Shown: positions 1 to 9,803, counted from the stretch's first letter. The stretch: DNA of 62,085 nucleotides from an uncultured Clostridia bacterium (GCA_946186225.1 CAMHMK010000001.1:1-62085); one strand, 5' to 3'. Program-made: numbers and translations. The notes: generated by a model from the letters alone, not told the origin.

Positions 1-97
1 AGGCATGGGGACGACCGCAGATCTTGCAGCGGTTGTAGCGGCGGGTGGAGTACTTGGCCTCGGCCTGCTGCTTCAGGATCATAGCTTTTCTTGCCAT
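1..97 (-). CDS. rpsN: 30S ribosomal protein S14 type Z, 5' part only (gene runs off the window)
   Basis: Reverse complement of 1-97 reads [32 protein letters not shown], the conserved S14-Z N-terminus with the first CxxC. It lies directly downstream of rplE as in spc operons. Confidence 0.85.
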   Translation of the reverse strand, partial: MARKAMILKQQAEAKYSTRRYNRCKICGRPHA

Positions 98-114
98 TGT
101 TCGTTCCTCCCTGA

Positions 115-654
115 TTAAGCGTAGAACGGAGCGCCGATCTGGCTCAGCAGCTCTTTCGCTTCTTCGTCGGTGTTGGCGGTGGTGCAGATGACGATGTTCA
201 TACCGCGGATCTTGTCCACCTTGTCGTACTCGATTTCGGGGAAGATGAGCTGTTCCTTGAGGCCCAGGGCATAGTTGCCGCGGCCGTCAAAGGCGTTGGG
301 GTTGATGCCGCGGAAGTCGCGGACACGGGGCAGAGCCACGCTGAACAGACGGTCCAGGAACTCCCACATCTTGTCGCCGCGCAGGGTGACCATGACGCCG
401 ACGTTTTCGCCCTCACGAACCTTGAAGTTCGCGACGGACTTGCGGGCCTTGGTGACGACCGGCTTCTGACCGGTGATGGTGGCGATGTCCTTGCAGATGG
501 CTTCGATTTCCTTGGCGTTGTTCTTGGATTCGCCGCAGCCCACGTTGACAATGATCTTGCTCAGGGTGGGAATCTGCATGACGCTCTTGTACTCGAACTT
601 CTTCATCAGAGCCGGAGCGATTTCTTCGGTGTACTTAACCTTCAGTCTTGCCAT
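115..654 (-). CDS. rplE: 50S ribosomal protein L5
   Basis: ORF 115-690. The conserved L5 sequence begins at [12 protein letters not shown] (ATG 654-652), preceded by GAGGAGG. Confidence 0.97.
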   Translation of the reverse strand: MARLKVKYTEEIAPALMKKFEYKSVMQIPTLSKIIVNVGCGESKNNAKEIEAICKDIATITGQKPVVTKARKSVANFKVREGENVGVMVTLRGDKMWEFLDRLFSVALPRVRDFRGINPNAFDGRGNYALGLKEQLIFPEIEYDKVDKIRGMNIVICTTANTDEEAKELLSQIGAPFYA

Positions 655-671
655 TTTGAAATCCTCCTCTC

Positions 672-980
672 TTAAATCTCGTGACCGCACTTGCCACGGC
701 CGACGCGGACCTTTTCACCGTTCTCGACCTTGTAGCCGACACGGACGCCCTTGCCGCACTTGGAGCAGTACAGAGCCACTTTATCGGCGCGGATCGGGAT
801 CTCCTTGCGGATGATGCCGCTCTCGTCGCCCTGCTTGCGAGCCTTCTGGTGGACGGAGGCGACGTTGACGCCCTCGACGATCAGCTTGTTCTCGCTGGGC
901 TTGGCCACCAGGACCTTGCCCTTCTTGCCCTTGTCCTTACCGGACAGAACAATGACGGTATCGTTCTTCTTAATGTTCAT
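672..980 (-). CDS. rplX: 50S ribosomal protein L24
   Basis: [27 protein letters not shown] motif, and position between L14 and L5. Confidence 0.97.
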   Translation of the reverse strand: MNIKKNDTVIVLSGKDKGKKGKVLVAKPSENKLIVEGVNVASVHQKARKQGDESGIIRKEIPIRADKVALYCSKCGKGVRVGYKVENGEKVRVGRGKCGHEI

Positions 981-992
981 GGTGCGTCCCCC

Positions 993-1361
993 TTAAACGG
1001 TTTCGGGTGCGAGGGAGCAGATCTTCATGAAACCCTTGTCACGAAGCTCTCTGGCCACGGGCCCAAAAATACGGGTGCCTCTGGGGCTCTTGTCGTCCTT
1101 GATGAGAACGGCAGCGTTCTCGTCGAAGCGGACGTAGGTGCCGTCAGCGCGGCGGGTGCCCTTGGCGGTGCGGACGATCACGGCGCGGCAGACCTCGCCC
1201 TTCTTGGCAGTGCCGCCGGGAGCGGCCTTGCGGACGGAGGCCACGATGACGTCGCCGATGTTGCCGTACTTGCGGCGGGAGCCGCCAAGCACGCGGATGC
1301 ACTTAATTTCCTTGGCGCCGGTGTTGTCGGCAACCTTCAGATAAGTTTCAGCCTGAATCAA
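993..1361 (-). CDS. rplN: 50S ribosomal protein L14 (TTG start)
   Basis: [17 protein letters not shown]...; the start codon is TTG (caa at 1359-1361), 9 nt after GGAGG. Confidence 0.97.
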   Translation of the reverse strand: MIQAETYLKVADNTGAKEIKCIRVLGGSRRKYGNIGDVIVASVRKAAPGGTAKKGEVCRAVIVRTAKGTRRADGTYVRFDENAAVLIKDDKSPRGTRIFGPVARELRDKGFMKICSLAPETV

Positions 1362-1375
1362 TGTTGACGACCTCC

Positions 1376-1639
1376 TTACTTAGCCTTCTCGATGATCTCA
1401 ACGAGTCTCCATCTCTTGTCCTTGGACAGGGGACGGCACTCCATCACCTTCACGGTATCGCCGATGCCGCACTCGTTGTTCTCGTCGTGGGCCTTCAGCT
1501 TATAGGTTCTCTTGACAATCTTTTTATACAGCGGATGTGCCACGCTGTCTTCCACTGCGACGACGATGGTCTTGTCCATCTTATCGGAAAGGACCTTACC
1601 AACCCTGGTCTTGCGGAAAGCTCTTGTATTTTCACTCAT
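1376..1639 (-). CDS. rpsQ: 30S ribosomal protein S17
   Basis: 87 aa, [19 protein letters not shown] motif, operon position. Confidence 0.97.
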   Translation of the reverse strand: MSENTRAFRKTRVGKVLSDKMDKTIVVAVEDSVAHPLYKKIVKRTYKLKAHDENNECGIGDTVKVMECRPLSKDKRWRLVEIIEKAK

Positions 1640-1653
1640 TTTGCTTTACCTCC

Positions 1654-1851
1654 TCAGATTGCGGTCTCTTTCTCACGAATAACAGTCTTGATGCGGGCAA
1701 TATCCTTCTTGACAACGTTGATCTGCAGGGGGTTGTCAAGCTGATTGGTCGCGTGCTGCATCCGCAGGAAGAACAGATCCTTTTTCAGATCAGCCAGCTT
1801 GGATTCCAGCTCGGCGGTGGTCATTTCTCTTAATTCTTTTGCCTTCATCAT
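1654..1851 (-). CDS. rpmC: 50S ribosomal protein L29
   Basis: [19 protein letters not shown]. Either ATG (1851 or 1848) could be the start; the first overlaps the L16 stop by 1 nt (TAATG). Confidence 0.95.
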   Translation of the reverse strand: MMKAKELREMTTAELESKLADLKKDLFFLRMQHATNQLDNPLQINVVKKDIARIKTVIREKETAI

Positions 1852-2285
1852 TATTCACCACCATTCTCAGTTTCCGCGTCTTCCTTCTTGATGATGCGGG
1901 TGCGGATGGGCAGCTTGTGCTGGGCCAGACGCAGAGCTTCGTGCGCGACGTCCTCGGGAACGCCGCCGATCTCGAACATCACCTTCTGGTTCTTGACAAC
2001 AGCAACCCAGTATTCGGGGGCGCCTTTACCGGAACCCATACGAACGCCGAGCGCCTTCTTGGAGACGGGCTTGTCGGGGAAAATCTTGATCCACACCTTG
2101 CCGCCGCGCTTGGTATAGCGGGTCATGGCGACACGGGCGGCTTCGATCTGGTTGCCGGTGATCCAGCCGGGCTCGAGAGCCTGGATGCCGAACTCACCGT
2201 AGCTGACCTTGTTGCCGCGGGAGGCAGCGCCCTTCATGCGGCCGCGCTGAACTCTGCGGTACTTGGTTCTCTTGGGCATCAGCAT
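1851..2285 (-). CDS. rplP: 50S ribosomal protein L16
   Basis: [19 protein letters not shown]..., canonical L16 N-terminus. Confidence 0.97.
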   Translation of the reverse strand: MLMPKRTKYRRVQRGRMKGAASRGNKVSYGEFGIQALEPGWITGNQIEAARVAMTRYTKRGGKVWIKIFPDKPVSKKALGVRMGSGKGAPEYWVAVVKNQKVMFEIGGVPEDVAHEALRLAQHKLPIRTRIIKKEDAETENGGE

Positions 2286-3100
2286 TAGCGGTTGCCTCCT
2301 TCCTGACGGTTAAAGGGTCTGCGCTCGCCGTTGTTGGGACGGTCGCCGTTGAACGGACGACGGTCGCGGTTGAAGCTGCCACCTTCGCGGCGTTCGCCGT
2401 AGGGACGGCGGTCGCGGCGGTCGCGGCGCTCGCGGCGGGCGGGCTGCTCCACGGCGGTGGAGCGGAGGGTGGAGTTGAGGACCTCGCCCTTGTAGATCCA
2501 GACCTTGCAGCCGACCTTGCCGTAGGTGGTGTTGGCCTCTGCGAAGCCGTACTCGATGTCGGCTCTCAGGGTCTGCAGGGGGATGGTGCCCTCGTGATAG
2601 GACTCGGAGCGGGCGATTTCAGCGCCGCCCAGACGGCCGCCGCAGGTGCACTTGATGCCCTTGGCGCCCAGACGAGTCGCTCTCTGCATGGCCTGCTTCA
2701 TGGCGCGGCGGAAGGAGATACGCTTCTCCAGCTGCGCGGCGATGTTTTCGGCCACAAGCTGCGCGTTCAGATCGGGGCTGCGGATCTCAATGATGTTGAG
2801 CGCAACATTCTTGCCGATCATGTCAGCGACCTTCTGACGGAGCTTTTCGATCTCCGTGCCGCCCTTGCCGATCACGACGCCGGGGCGGGAAACGTGCAGG
2901 TTGATCTTAACCTTTGCGTTGTCTCTTTCGATCTCGATCTTAGCGATGCCGGCGGAGTACAGGGTGGACTTGAGGAACTTCCGGATGTTGTAATCTTCCA
3001 CCAGGAGCTCGCCGACCTTGTCCTCGCGGGCGTACCAGCGAGAATCCCAATCCTTGATCACGCCAACGCGCAATCCATGGGGGTTAACTTTCTGTCCCAT
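2285..3100 (-). CDS. rpsC: 30S ribosomal protein S3 with a ~55-aa Arg/Asp/Glu-rich C-terminal tail
   Basis: [24 protein letters not shown] and a KH domain. The tail reads [50 protein letters not shown]. Confidence 0.97.
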   Translation of the reverse strand: MGQKVNPHGLRVGVIKDWDSRWYAREDKVGELLVEDYNIRKFLKSTLYSAGIAKIEIERDNAKVKINLHVSRPGVVIGKGGTEIEKLRQKVADMIGKNVALNIIEIRSPDLNAQLVAENIAAQLEKRISFRRAMKQAMQRATRLGAKGIKCTCGGRLGGAEIARSESYHEGTIPLQTLRADIEYGFAEANTTYGKVGCKVWIYKGEVLNSTLRSTAVEQPARRERRDRRDRRPYGERREGGSFNRDRRPFNGDRPNNGERRPFNRQEGGNR

Positions 3101-3115
3101 ATTGTACCTCCTGCC

Positions 3116-3451
3116 TTATTCCCGCTCGCTCACGCCGATGGTGAGGTGGGTGGTTCTCTTGAGAATGCGGTTGTAGCTGCCCTTGGCTCTCGGCATGCCG
3201 CGCTTCAGCGTGGGGCCGGGATCAGCGGTGGCGGTAGAGACGTACAGCTTCTCGGGGTCGAGGCTGTGGTTGGTCTCGGCATTGGCCGCCGCGCTGTTGA
3301 GGACCTTCAGAACGGGCTCGGTGGCGCCGTTCGGGGTGTGCAGCAGATAGGCTCTGGCCGTGGCCAGGTTCTGGCCGCGGATCAGATCGCAGACGATCTT
3401 CACCTTGCGGGGGGAGATACGCAGATACTTCAGATATGCTTTAGCTTCCAT
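3116..3451 (-). CDS. rplV: 50S ribosomal protein L22
   Basis: MEAKAYLKYLRISPRKVKIV, operon position. Confidence 0.97.
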   Translation of the reverse strand: MEAKAYLKYLRISPRKVKIVCDLIRGQNLATARAYLLHTPNGATEPVLKVLNSAAANAETNHSLDPEKLYVSTATADPGPTLKRGMPRAKGSYNRILKRTTHLTIGVSERE

Positions 3452-3466
3452 TGTTCGCGTTCCTCC

Positions 3467-3745
3467 TTAGTTTGCGTTGGCGGTCTTGGAGCCGGAGTGG
3501 CCGCGGAACGTCCGGGTGGGGACGAACTCGCCCAGTCTGTGACCGACCATATCCTCGGTGATGTAGACAGGCACATGCTTGCGGCCGTCATGCACCGCGA
3601 TGGTGTGACCGACGAAGGAGGGGAAAATGGTGGAAGCTCTGGACCAGGTCTTCAGAACTTTCTTTTCGCCGGTTTTGTTGAGCTCCTCAATGCGCTTGAA
3701 CAGCTCGGGAGCAACAAACGGGCCTTTCTTGATGCTTCTGCTCAT
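3467..3745 (-). CDS. rpsS: 30S ribosomal protein S19
   Basis: [19 protein letters not shown]...[17 protein letters not shown]. Confidence 0.97.
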   Translation of the reverse strand: MSRSIKKGPFVAPELFKRIEELNKTGEKKVLKTWSRASTIFPSFVGHTIAVHDGRKHVPVYITEDMVGHRLGEFVPTRTFRGHSGSKTANAN

Positions 3746-3759
3746 GTGTTATTTCCTCC

Positions 3760-4596
3760 TTACTTGCTGTTTCTGCGCTTGATGATGAACTTGTTGTTGC
3801 GGTTCTTCGGCTTGCGGGTCTTCAGGCCCATGGCGGGCTTGCCCCACGGAGTCACAGGACCGGGACGGCCGACGGGAGCGCGGCCCTCACCACCACCGTG
3901 GGGGTGGTCGTTCGGGTTCATAACAGAGCCGCGGACGGTGGGACGGATACCCATGTGACGGGTACGACCGGCCTTACCGATGTGGATGTTGGCGTTCTCG
4001 AGGTTGCCGACCTGACCGATGGTGGCCATGCAGTTCATCGGAACATAGCGGAACTCGCCGGAAGGCATGCGGACCTGCGCCAGCTTTTCTTCCTTGGCCA
4101 TCAGCTGGGCAGCTGCGCCGGCGGACCGGACCAGCTGGCCGCCGCGGCCGGGCATGAGCTCGATGTTGTGGATGATGGTGCCGACGGGGATGTTGGCAAT
4201 GGGAAGGGTGTTGCCGGGCTTGATGTCAGCCGCAGCGGAGGAGACGACCTTATCGCCGGCCTTCAGGCCCACGGGAGCCAGAATGTAGCGGCGCTCGCCG
4301 TCTTCATACTCGACCAGCGCGATATACGCGGTGCGGTTGGGATCGTATTCCAGGCGGAGAACGGTGGCAGGCATGTCCATCTTGTCTCTGCGGAAATCGA
4401 CGATGCGGTACTTCTTCTTGTTGCCGCCGCCCTGATGACGGACGGTGATGTGGCCATAGCTGTTGCGACCGGCATGCTTCTTCAGAGTCTCAACCAGGCC
4501 GCGCTCGGGCTTTGCCTTCTTATCTACGCCCTCGAAAGCGGAAACGGTCATGTTCCGTCTCGCAGGGGTATAAGGCTTGAAAGTTTTCAGTGCCAT
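3760..4596 (-). CDS. rplB: 50S ribosomal protein L2
   Basis: 278 aa, [16 protein letters not shown] and [13 protein letters not shown] motifs. Confidence 0.98.
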   Translation of the reverse strand: MALKTFKPYTPARRNMTVSAFEGVDKKAKPERGLVETLKKHAGRNSYGHITVRHQGGGNKKKYRIVDFRRDKMDMPATVLRLEYDPNRTAYIALVEYEDGERRYILAPVGLKAGDKVVSSAAADIKPGNTLPIANIPVGTIIHNIELMPGRGGQLVRSAGAAAQLMAKEEKLAQVRMPSGEFRYVPMNCMATIGQVGNLENANIHIGKAGRTRHMGIRPTVRGSVMNPNDHPHGGGEGRAPVGRPGPVTPWGKPAMGLKTRKPKNRNNKFIIKRRNSK

Positions 4597-4626
4597 TTTG
4601 CGTTACGCTCCTTTTTGAGAATTGAA

Positions 4627-4923
4627 TTAAACCATGCCTTCGAAGAACTCGATGGGCTTGGAGTCGGCGGTCAGCTTGATCATTGCCTTCTTGTAGGAGG
4701 CGGTGCGGCCCGCGGGATAGCGGCCCTGCTGCTTGACCTTGCCGTCCATGCGAAGGGTGTTGACCTTCTCGACCTTGACGCTGAAGATCTCTTCGATCGC
4801 AGCCTTGATCTCAGTCTTGGTGGCGGTGGGCAGGACGTAGAACACGTACCGCTTCTCGTTGGCAGCTTCCATGGACTGCTCGGTGATGGCAGGTCTCAGG
4901 ATGATATCGTATGCAGTCTTCAT
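4627..4923 (-). CDS. rplW: 50S ribosomal protein L23
   Basis: 98 aa, [22 protein letters not shown], operon position. Confidence 0.96.
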   Translation of the reverse strand: MKTAYDIILRPAITEQSMEAANEKRYVFYVLPTATKTEIKAAIEEIFSVKVEKVNTLRMDGKVKQQGRYPAGRTASYKKAMIKLTADSKPIEFFEGMV

Positions 4924-5543
4924 TACGCGAATACCTCCTCGATCTTGGCCAGAGCGGCCTTGTCCATGACCAGCTTGTTGGCATTGAGGACGTCGTACAC
5001 GTTGATCAGGTTGGCGAAGGTGATCTCCACGCCCTCGATGTTGCGGGCGGACTTGACGACCAGCTCGTTGGCCTCGGCGGTGATGACCAGAGCCTTGCGG
5101 TCGACCTTGACGGCGTCAAGGAACTGCTTGAAGACCTTGGTCTTGATTTCGTTCATCTTGATCTCGTCGATGACGACGATATCGTTGGTCTGGGCCTTGG
5201 AGCTCAGAGCGCTCTTGAGGGCCAGACGGCGCACCTTCTTGTTCAGACGGTAGCTGTAATCTCTGGGCTTCGGGGCAAAGACGATGCCGCCGTGGGTCCA
5301 CTGCGGGGCGCGGGTGCTGCCCTGACGGGCGCGGCCGGTGCCCTTCTGTCTCCAGGGCTTCTTGCCGCCGCCGGAAACCTCGGCGCGGGTCAGAGCGGAC
5401 TGCGTGCCCTGACGGCAGTTGGCCAGGTGGTTCTTGACCACGTCGTGCATGACGCTGACATTGGGCTCGATGCCGAAGATGACGTCGGAGAGCTCCACTT
5501 CACCGACCTGAGCGCCGGACATGTTGTAAACGTTGGTTTTCAT
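4923..5543 (-). CDS. rplD: 50S ribosomal protein L4
   Basis: 206 aa, [19 protein letters not shown] motif. Confidence 0.97.
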   Translation of the reverse strand: MKTNVYNMSGAQVGEVELSDVIFGIEPNVSVMHDVVKNHLANCRQGTQSALTRAEVSGGGKKPWRQKGTGRARQGSTRAPQWTHGGIVFAPKPRDYSYRLNKKVRRLALKSALSSKAQTNDIVVIDEIKMNEIKTKVFKQFLDAVKVDRKALVITAEANELVVKSARNIEGVEITFANLINVYDVLNANKLVMDKAALAKIEEVFA

Positions 5544-5560
5544 GGTTCAACTCTCCTTTC

Positions 5561-6283
5561 TTACTTTCTGGCGGAAGCCTTCTGCGGGTTGACACGGGCG
5601 GAAGCCTTCTGCGGGTTGGCGCTGATGCCAGCGGCGCCCTTCGCCACATGGATGGTCTTGACGGTGTTCTTCAGGTAGACGATGCCGCCCTTGGGGCCGG
5701 GGATCGCGCCGCGAACAACGATCATGTTGAGTTCGGGATCCACACGGACCACGATCAGGTTCTGAACGGTGGTCTGCTCGACGCCCATCTGACCGGCGCC
5801 GTGGTGGCCCTTGAAAATACGGGAGGGGGAAGAGGTCGGGCCCATGGAGCCTGCCTGACGGTGGACGGGGCCGCCGCCGTGGGTCATCGGGGTGCGATGG
5901 CCGCCGCAGCGCTTAATGGGGCCTTCATAGCCGTGGCCCTTGGAGGTGCCGGTCACGTCGATGTGATCGCCGGCCTTGAAGGCGTCGGCCTTGATCTCGT
6001 CGCCGACCTTGATCTCGTCAGCCTTTTCCAGCTTGAATTCCTTGAGGTGTTTCTTGAAGGAAACGCCAGCCTTGGTCAGGTGGCCACGCTCGCCCTTGGT
6101 GAGCTTGGATTCCTTGACGTCCTCAAAGCCCAGCTGCACAGCCTGGTAGCCATCCTTCTCGTTGGTCTTCTTCTGAGTGACGACGCAGGGTCCCGCTTCA
6201 ATTACGGTTACGGGAATCACGTGGCCGGTCTCATCGAAGATCTGGGTCATGCCCACTTTCTTGCCGATGATTGCTTTCTGCAT
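5561..6283 (-). CDS. rplC: 50S ribosomal protein L3 with a C-terminal extension containing a tandem 9-aa duplication
   Basis: [18 protein letters not shown]...; the C-terminus reads ...[21 protein letters not shown]. Confidence 0.97.
   Translation of the reverse strand: MQKAIIGKKVGMTQIFDETGHVIPVTVIEAGPCVVTQKKTNEKDGYQAVQLGFEDVKESKLTKGERGHLTKAGVSFKKHLKEFKLEKADEIKVGDEIKADAFKAGDHIDVTGTSKGHGYEGPIKRCGGHRTPMTHGGGPVHRQAGSMGPTSSPSRIFKGHHGAGQMGVEQTTVQNLIVVRVDPELNMIVVRGAIPGPKGGIVYLKNTVKTIHVAKGAAGISANPQKASARVNPQKASARK
5570..5623. repeat. Two tandem 27-nt units at the 3' end of rplC
   Basis: ggcggaagccttctgcgggttg occurs at 5570 and again at 5597 (period 27), encoding NPQKASAR twice. Confidence 0.9.
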
Positions 6284-6410
6284 GATGTTTTTCTCCTTTT
6301 TTAAGGTTATTGGTTGACATACGCGGCCATTGGGTGCCGTTGGTCTGCCAACTTGACCCGCCCGTCCCGGTGACGGGCTGGGGCGCTGTGATACAACATT
6401 TTATAATGTA

Positions 6411-6722
6411 TTACAGCTTTATCTCAATCTCAACGCCGGCCGGAAGGTCGAGAGCCATCAGGGCTTCGACAGCCTTCTGGTTGGGGTTGAGAATATCGAT
6501 CAGACGCTTGTGGGTTCTGCGCTCGAACTGCTCACGGGAGTCCTTGTACTTGTGAACAGCGCGGAGGATCGTGACGATCTCCTTTTTGGTGGGCAGAGGG
6601 ATGGGGCCGGAGACGGAAGCGCCGTTGCGCTTGGCAGTCTCGACGATCTTCTCTGCGCTGGAATCGATGAGCTGATGATCGTAAGCCTTGAGGCGAATGC
6701 GGATCATGTTCTGGTTTGCCAT
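6411..6722 (-). CDS. rpsJ: 30S ribosomal protein S10
   Basis: [32 protein letters not shown], first gene of the S10 operon. Confidence 0.98.
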   Translation of the reverse strand: MANQNMIRIRLKAYDHQLIDSSAEKIVETAKRNGASVSGPIPLPTKKEIVTILRAVHKYKDSREQFERRTHKRLIDILNPNQKAVEALMALDLPAGVEIEIKL

Positions 6723-6826
6723 TGTTTTGTTTCCTCCTAAAATATCGTACTCAGTTTTTCGTTGTCTTCGCTGGGTACGGTCGAGAATTTCCTATCCGCT
6801 TTTCCGTGCGTATCACTCCCGCACAT

Positions 6827-6851
6827 GAAAAATGGCCGACGTTTGCCGGCC
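6827..6851 (-). terminator. Attenuator-like hairpin plus U-run inside the S10 operon leader
   Basis: The minus strand reads GGCCGGC-AAAC-GTCGGCC followed by ATTTTTC. It lies ~105 nt upstream of the rpsJ ATG and downstream of the predicted promoter. Confidence 0.4.
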
Positions 6852-7000
6852 GATTCGCTTCGCGTGGCGATATACGCCGCGGAAAGTTCCTTCTCAGCCG
6901 CCCGATGACCGGACATACTCCGCGGAAGTTACCGTGTTGCCACGCAATCTCCCGCTTCATCGCAGTACGCACGCAGGCTTCTCCCGTCGCGCGCTCGCAT

Positions 7001-7029
7001 ATAATACTACACACACGGCAGAATGTCAA
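7001..7029 (-). promoter_or_regulatory. Sigma-70-type promoter of the S10 operon
   Basis: The minus strand reads TTGACA (7029-7024), a 17-nt spacer, then TATTAT (7006-7001). This implies a ~270-nt leader. Confidence 0.7.
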
Positions 7030-7072
7030 GAACTTTTTTGGCGTTTTCGATAAATTTTTGAAAAAAATTTTG

Positions 7073-7885
7073 TTAGTTATTCCCCGCTCCGCTCAGGGCG
7101 TATTTCACCAGCGCCATTGCCTCCCGGAGGAGGGCGAAGGGCATGGAGGGGGCGTCGGAGGCGGCGGCCAGGCCCTCGGCGGGGATGCCCAGGTCCCCGG
7201 CCATGCGGAGAGCGCGGTAGACGTGGAAGCCGTTTGTGACGATCAGGACCGGACCCTTGAGGCCCTCGCGGTCCATCAGGGCGGAGGAGAAGCGAAGGTT
7301 TTCCAGGGTGGTGGAGGATTCGGACTCCCGGTACAGCCGTGCCGGATCAATTCCCCGGGCGGTCAGGCAGCGGTACATGCACTCGGCCTCGGCGATCCCT
7401 TCGTTGGGTCCCCGGCCGCCGGAGAGGATGGCCACCGCGTCCGGATGGGCACGCAGGTATTCATCCGCGGCGTTGATGCGATAGTAGAGCTGCCGCGACG
7501 GGGACTCCCCCCGGACCTGGCAGCCCAGGACGATCAGCGTCTGCCGGTCTTGGGTCGGTTTTGCATTCATCTTCGTCCCCACCAAAATCATCAGAACTGT
7601 GAGCAGGAGAACCGCGGCGGCAAGCCCGCCGCCGATCGCCAGGAGCAGAACCTTGCCCCAGGCCTTTGCCCAGAGCCGCCGCACCAGGCGGAGAAAGGGC
7701 TCCCACCAGATCAGGATCGCGGTGAGCAGGCCGCAGCCCACCATGACGCTGAGATTGCACAGGTCCAGATGCCCCGCCAGGAGCGGATAGAAAAAGAAGC
7801 CGAACATGATCGGCACAAGGACCAGGCAAATCCTCCGCCAGAGCGGGATGGGCGGAATACGCAGGGCACGTTTTAAGAGCTTCAT
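7073..7885 (-). CDS. DUF218 / YdcF (SanA/ElyC-like) family membrane-anchored protein
   Basis: Start MKLLKRAL (ATG 7885) after AGGAGG. An N-terminal TM segment is followed by LIVLGCQV...ILSGGRGPNEGIAEAECM...LIVTNGFHVYRAL, typical of DUF218. The longer ORF-track start at 8017 lies inside rluD. Confidence 0.85.
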   Translation of the reverse strand: MKLLKRALRIPPIPLWRRICLVLVPIMFGFFFYPLLAGHLDLCNLSVMVGCGLLTAILIWWEPFLRLVRRLWAKAWGKVLLLAIGGGLAAAVLLLTVLMILVGTKMNAKPTQDRQTLIVLGCQVRGESPSRQLYYRINAADEYLRAHPDAVAILSGGRGPNEGIAEAECMYRCLTARGIDPARLYRESESSTTLENLRFSSALMDREGLKGPVLIVTNGFHVYRALRMAGDLGIPAEGLAAASDAPSMPFALLREAMALVKYALSGAGNN

Positions 7886-8802
7886 GGGACCTCCTGTGAT
7901 TTCCTGCCTCGCAGCTTTTCCAACACTTCCTCGAAGTAGTCGGGCAGCGGGCAGGTCACGGTGATGCTCTCGCCGGTGCGGGGGTGGCGGAAGGTCAGGC
8001 TGCCGGCGTGGAGGCACTGGGTGGTCTGCCCGAGCTCGGGCTTGGCACGCCCGTAGACCGTGTCGCCGAGGATCGGGTGGTTTTTGTAGGCCATGTGGAC
8101 GCGGATCTGGTGGGTGCGTCCGGTCTCGAGGCGGCAGCGGACCCGGGTATAGGCGCCGAAGCGCTCCACCACTTCATAATGGGTCACAGCGCGGCGGCTG
8201 TTCTTCTCGGTGACGGCCATCTTTTTGCGGTCGGTCGGGTGGCGGCCGATCGGGGCGTCGACGGTGCCTGCATCCTCCCGGAAATTGCCGCAGACAATCG
8301 CGTCATAGACACGGCAGAGGCTGTGGTCCTGGAGCTGGGACGCGAGGGCCTGGTGGGCGAAGTCGTTTTTCGCCACGATCAGCAGGCCGGAGGTGTCCTT
8401 GTCGATGCGGTGGACGATGCCGGGGCGGAGCTCGCCGTTGATGCCGGAAAGACTGTTCCGGCAGTGGTAGAGCAGGGCGTTGACCAGGGTGTCGTCCCAG
8501 TGGCCGGGGGCCGGATGGACCACCAGGCCCTTCGGCTTGTTCAGGACCAGCAGGTCGGCATCCTCCCAGACCACGTCCAGGGGCAGGTCGCGGGCCTCGA
8601 TGGCCACGGGTTTGACCTCGGGCAGGACAACTGCATAGTCGGCCCCGGCAACGGTCCGGTCCTGCTTGCGCAGGGGCTTGCCGTCCAGGGTGACGGCCCC
8701 GGTTTCGAGCAGCTTCTGGGCCGCGGAGCGGGAGGTGTTCTCCAGCGCGGCGGCCAGGAAGACGTCCAGCCGGACATTGGATTCGGTACAGTGCAGGATC
8801 AT
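7882..8802 (-). CDS. rluD: 23S rRNA pseudouridine synthase, RluA/RluD family
   Basis: Start MILHCTES (ATG 8802). It has an S4 domain and the HRIDKDTSGLLIVAKN and GRTHQIRVHMA motifs. The stop overlaps the ydcF-like start (ATGA). The upstream 185 codons of ORF 7882-9357 overlap lspA and are not coding. Confidence 0.93.
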   Translation of the reverse strand: MILHCTESNVRLDVFLAAALENTSRSAAQKLLETGAVTLDGKPLRKQDRTVAGADYAVVLPEVKPVAIEARDLPLDVVWEDADLLVLNKPKGLVVHPAPGHWDDTLVNALLYHCRNSLSGINGELRPGIVHRIDKDTSGLLIVAKNDFAHQALASQLQDHSLCRVYDAIVCGNFREDAGTVDAPIGRHPTDRKKMAVTEKNSRRAVTHYEVVERFGAYTRVRCRLETGRTHQIRVHMAYKNHPILGDTVYGRAKPELGQTTQCLHAGSLTFRHPRTGESITVTCPLPDYFEEVLEKLRGRKSQEVP

Positions 8803-8837
8803 GGGAACCTCCGGATTGTCAATCACGTGTTTGGCGC

Positions 8838-8862
8838 AAAAAGCTCCCCCGGGGGAGCTTTT
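8838..8862 (-). terminator. Perfect 11-bp palindromic hairpin between lspA and rluD
   Basis: AAAAGCTCCCC-CG-GGGGAGCTTTT, with a T-run on the minus strand. It is symmetric and so potentially bidirectional. Confidence 0.7.
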
Positions 8863-8873
8863 CCGGTGCGGGG

Positions 8874-9350
8874 CTAAGCGGCCTGCTCCTTCTTCCGGTC
8901 GAAGAACAGAAGGTAGACGACCAGGAAGACGGCCCCGCAGGTGATGAAGCTGTCGGCCACGTTGAAGACCGCAAAGTCGATGAACTCCGGCTCGATCATG
9001 TCGATCACGCTGCCGTAGAGCAGACGGTCGATCGCGTTGCCCAGGGCACCGCCGCCGATGGCGGCCAGGGCCCAGAGCTCGGGCTGCCGGGTGACGACGC
9101 GCTTCCGGATCAGAAGGGCTGTCGCGGTGAAAAAGACCACGACCAGCAGGAGGAAGAGCCAGCGCATCCCCGAGAACATGGAGAAGGCAGCGCCGGTGTT
9201 GCGGACGTAGGTCAGGTGCACCAGGCCGGGGATCAGCCGTACCTGGGCCCCCATGGGAATGTACTGCACAGTAAGAAATTTGGTCAGCTGATCCAGACCG
9301 ACAATGACGGCCATGAAGACGCACAGGGCGATCCCGGTTTTGCGGTTCAT
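8874..9350 (-). CDS. lspA: Lipoprotein signal peptidase II
   Basis: 158 aa, four TM segments, NTGAAFS and GNAIDR...FNVAD motifs. Confidence 0.95.
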   Translation of the reverse strand: MNRKTGIALCVFMAVIVGLDQLTKFLTVQYIPMGAQVRLIPGLVHLTYVRNTGAAFSMFSGMRWLFLLLVVVFFTATALLIRKRVVTRQPELWALAAIGGGALGNAIDRLLYGSVIDMIEPEFIDFAVFNVADSFITCGAVFLVVYLLFFDRKKEQAA

Positions 9351-9769
9351 CTGGCACTCCTCTCGGCCGCGTCCGCCACGCGGTTCAGCAGGGTCAGGGG
9401 GTCGGCCTGCTCGCCGGGGGCGGCGATCCGCTTCCCGGGCAGGATCAGCTCGGCCAGAGCGGCCGGGTCCAGAGCGGACGGGATGGGCTCCACCAGGAAG
9501 AGGGCCGAGAGCAGGAAGTCGGCGTTGATCTCCCGGATCAGGAGCTCAAGATCCGCGCGGCTGACCGAAGCGGGCAGGATGTAGCGGCGGACCCGGATTC
9601 TGACCGCCTGGGCAGCCTCCAGCAGACGCTCTTCCAGCGCGACGGCGGCGGGGTCCTCCCCTGCCCGGATCGTGGCAAGGACCGGGAAGGTATATTCATT
9701 ATATAATGTGTCCACTCTGGCCTGCAGGGCAGCCAGCCGGACGGAGTCTGCGGAACGGGATTCGGGCAT
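9347..9769 (-). CDS. Stand-alone, degenerate FolD N-terminal (THF dehydrogenase/cyclohydrolase catalytic) domain-like protein
   Basis: ATG 9769 after GAGAGG. Its 140 aa align throughout to the N-domain of the folD in this window, but the conserved YxxxK segment and the NAD(P) domain are absent. The stop overlaps the lspA ATG (ATGA). Confidence 0.65.
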   Translation of the reverse strand: MPESRSADSVRLAALQARVDTLYNEYTFPVLATIRAGEDPAAVALEERLLEAAQAVRIRVRRYILPASVSRADLELLIREINADFLLSALFLVEPIPSALDPAALAELILPGKRIAAPGEQADPLTLLNRVADAAERSAR

Positions 9770-9803
9770 AGCGCGCACCTCTCTGCTGTGATGGTTTGGA
9801 CGT

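Noticed and set aside
8803-9357. N-terminal 185 codons of ORF 7882-9357, which would make a 491-aa RluD
   Set aside because: This stretch overlaps the genuine lspA gene in another frame and runs through the 8838-8862 hairpin. It is Arg/Pro/Gly-rich nonsense. The conserved RluD sequence with its S4 domain starts at ATG 8802.
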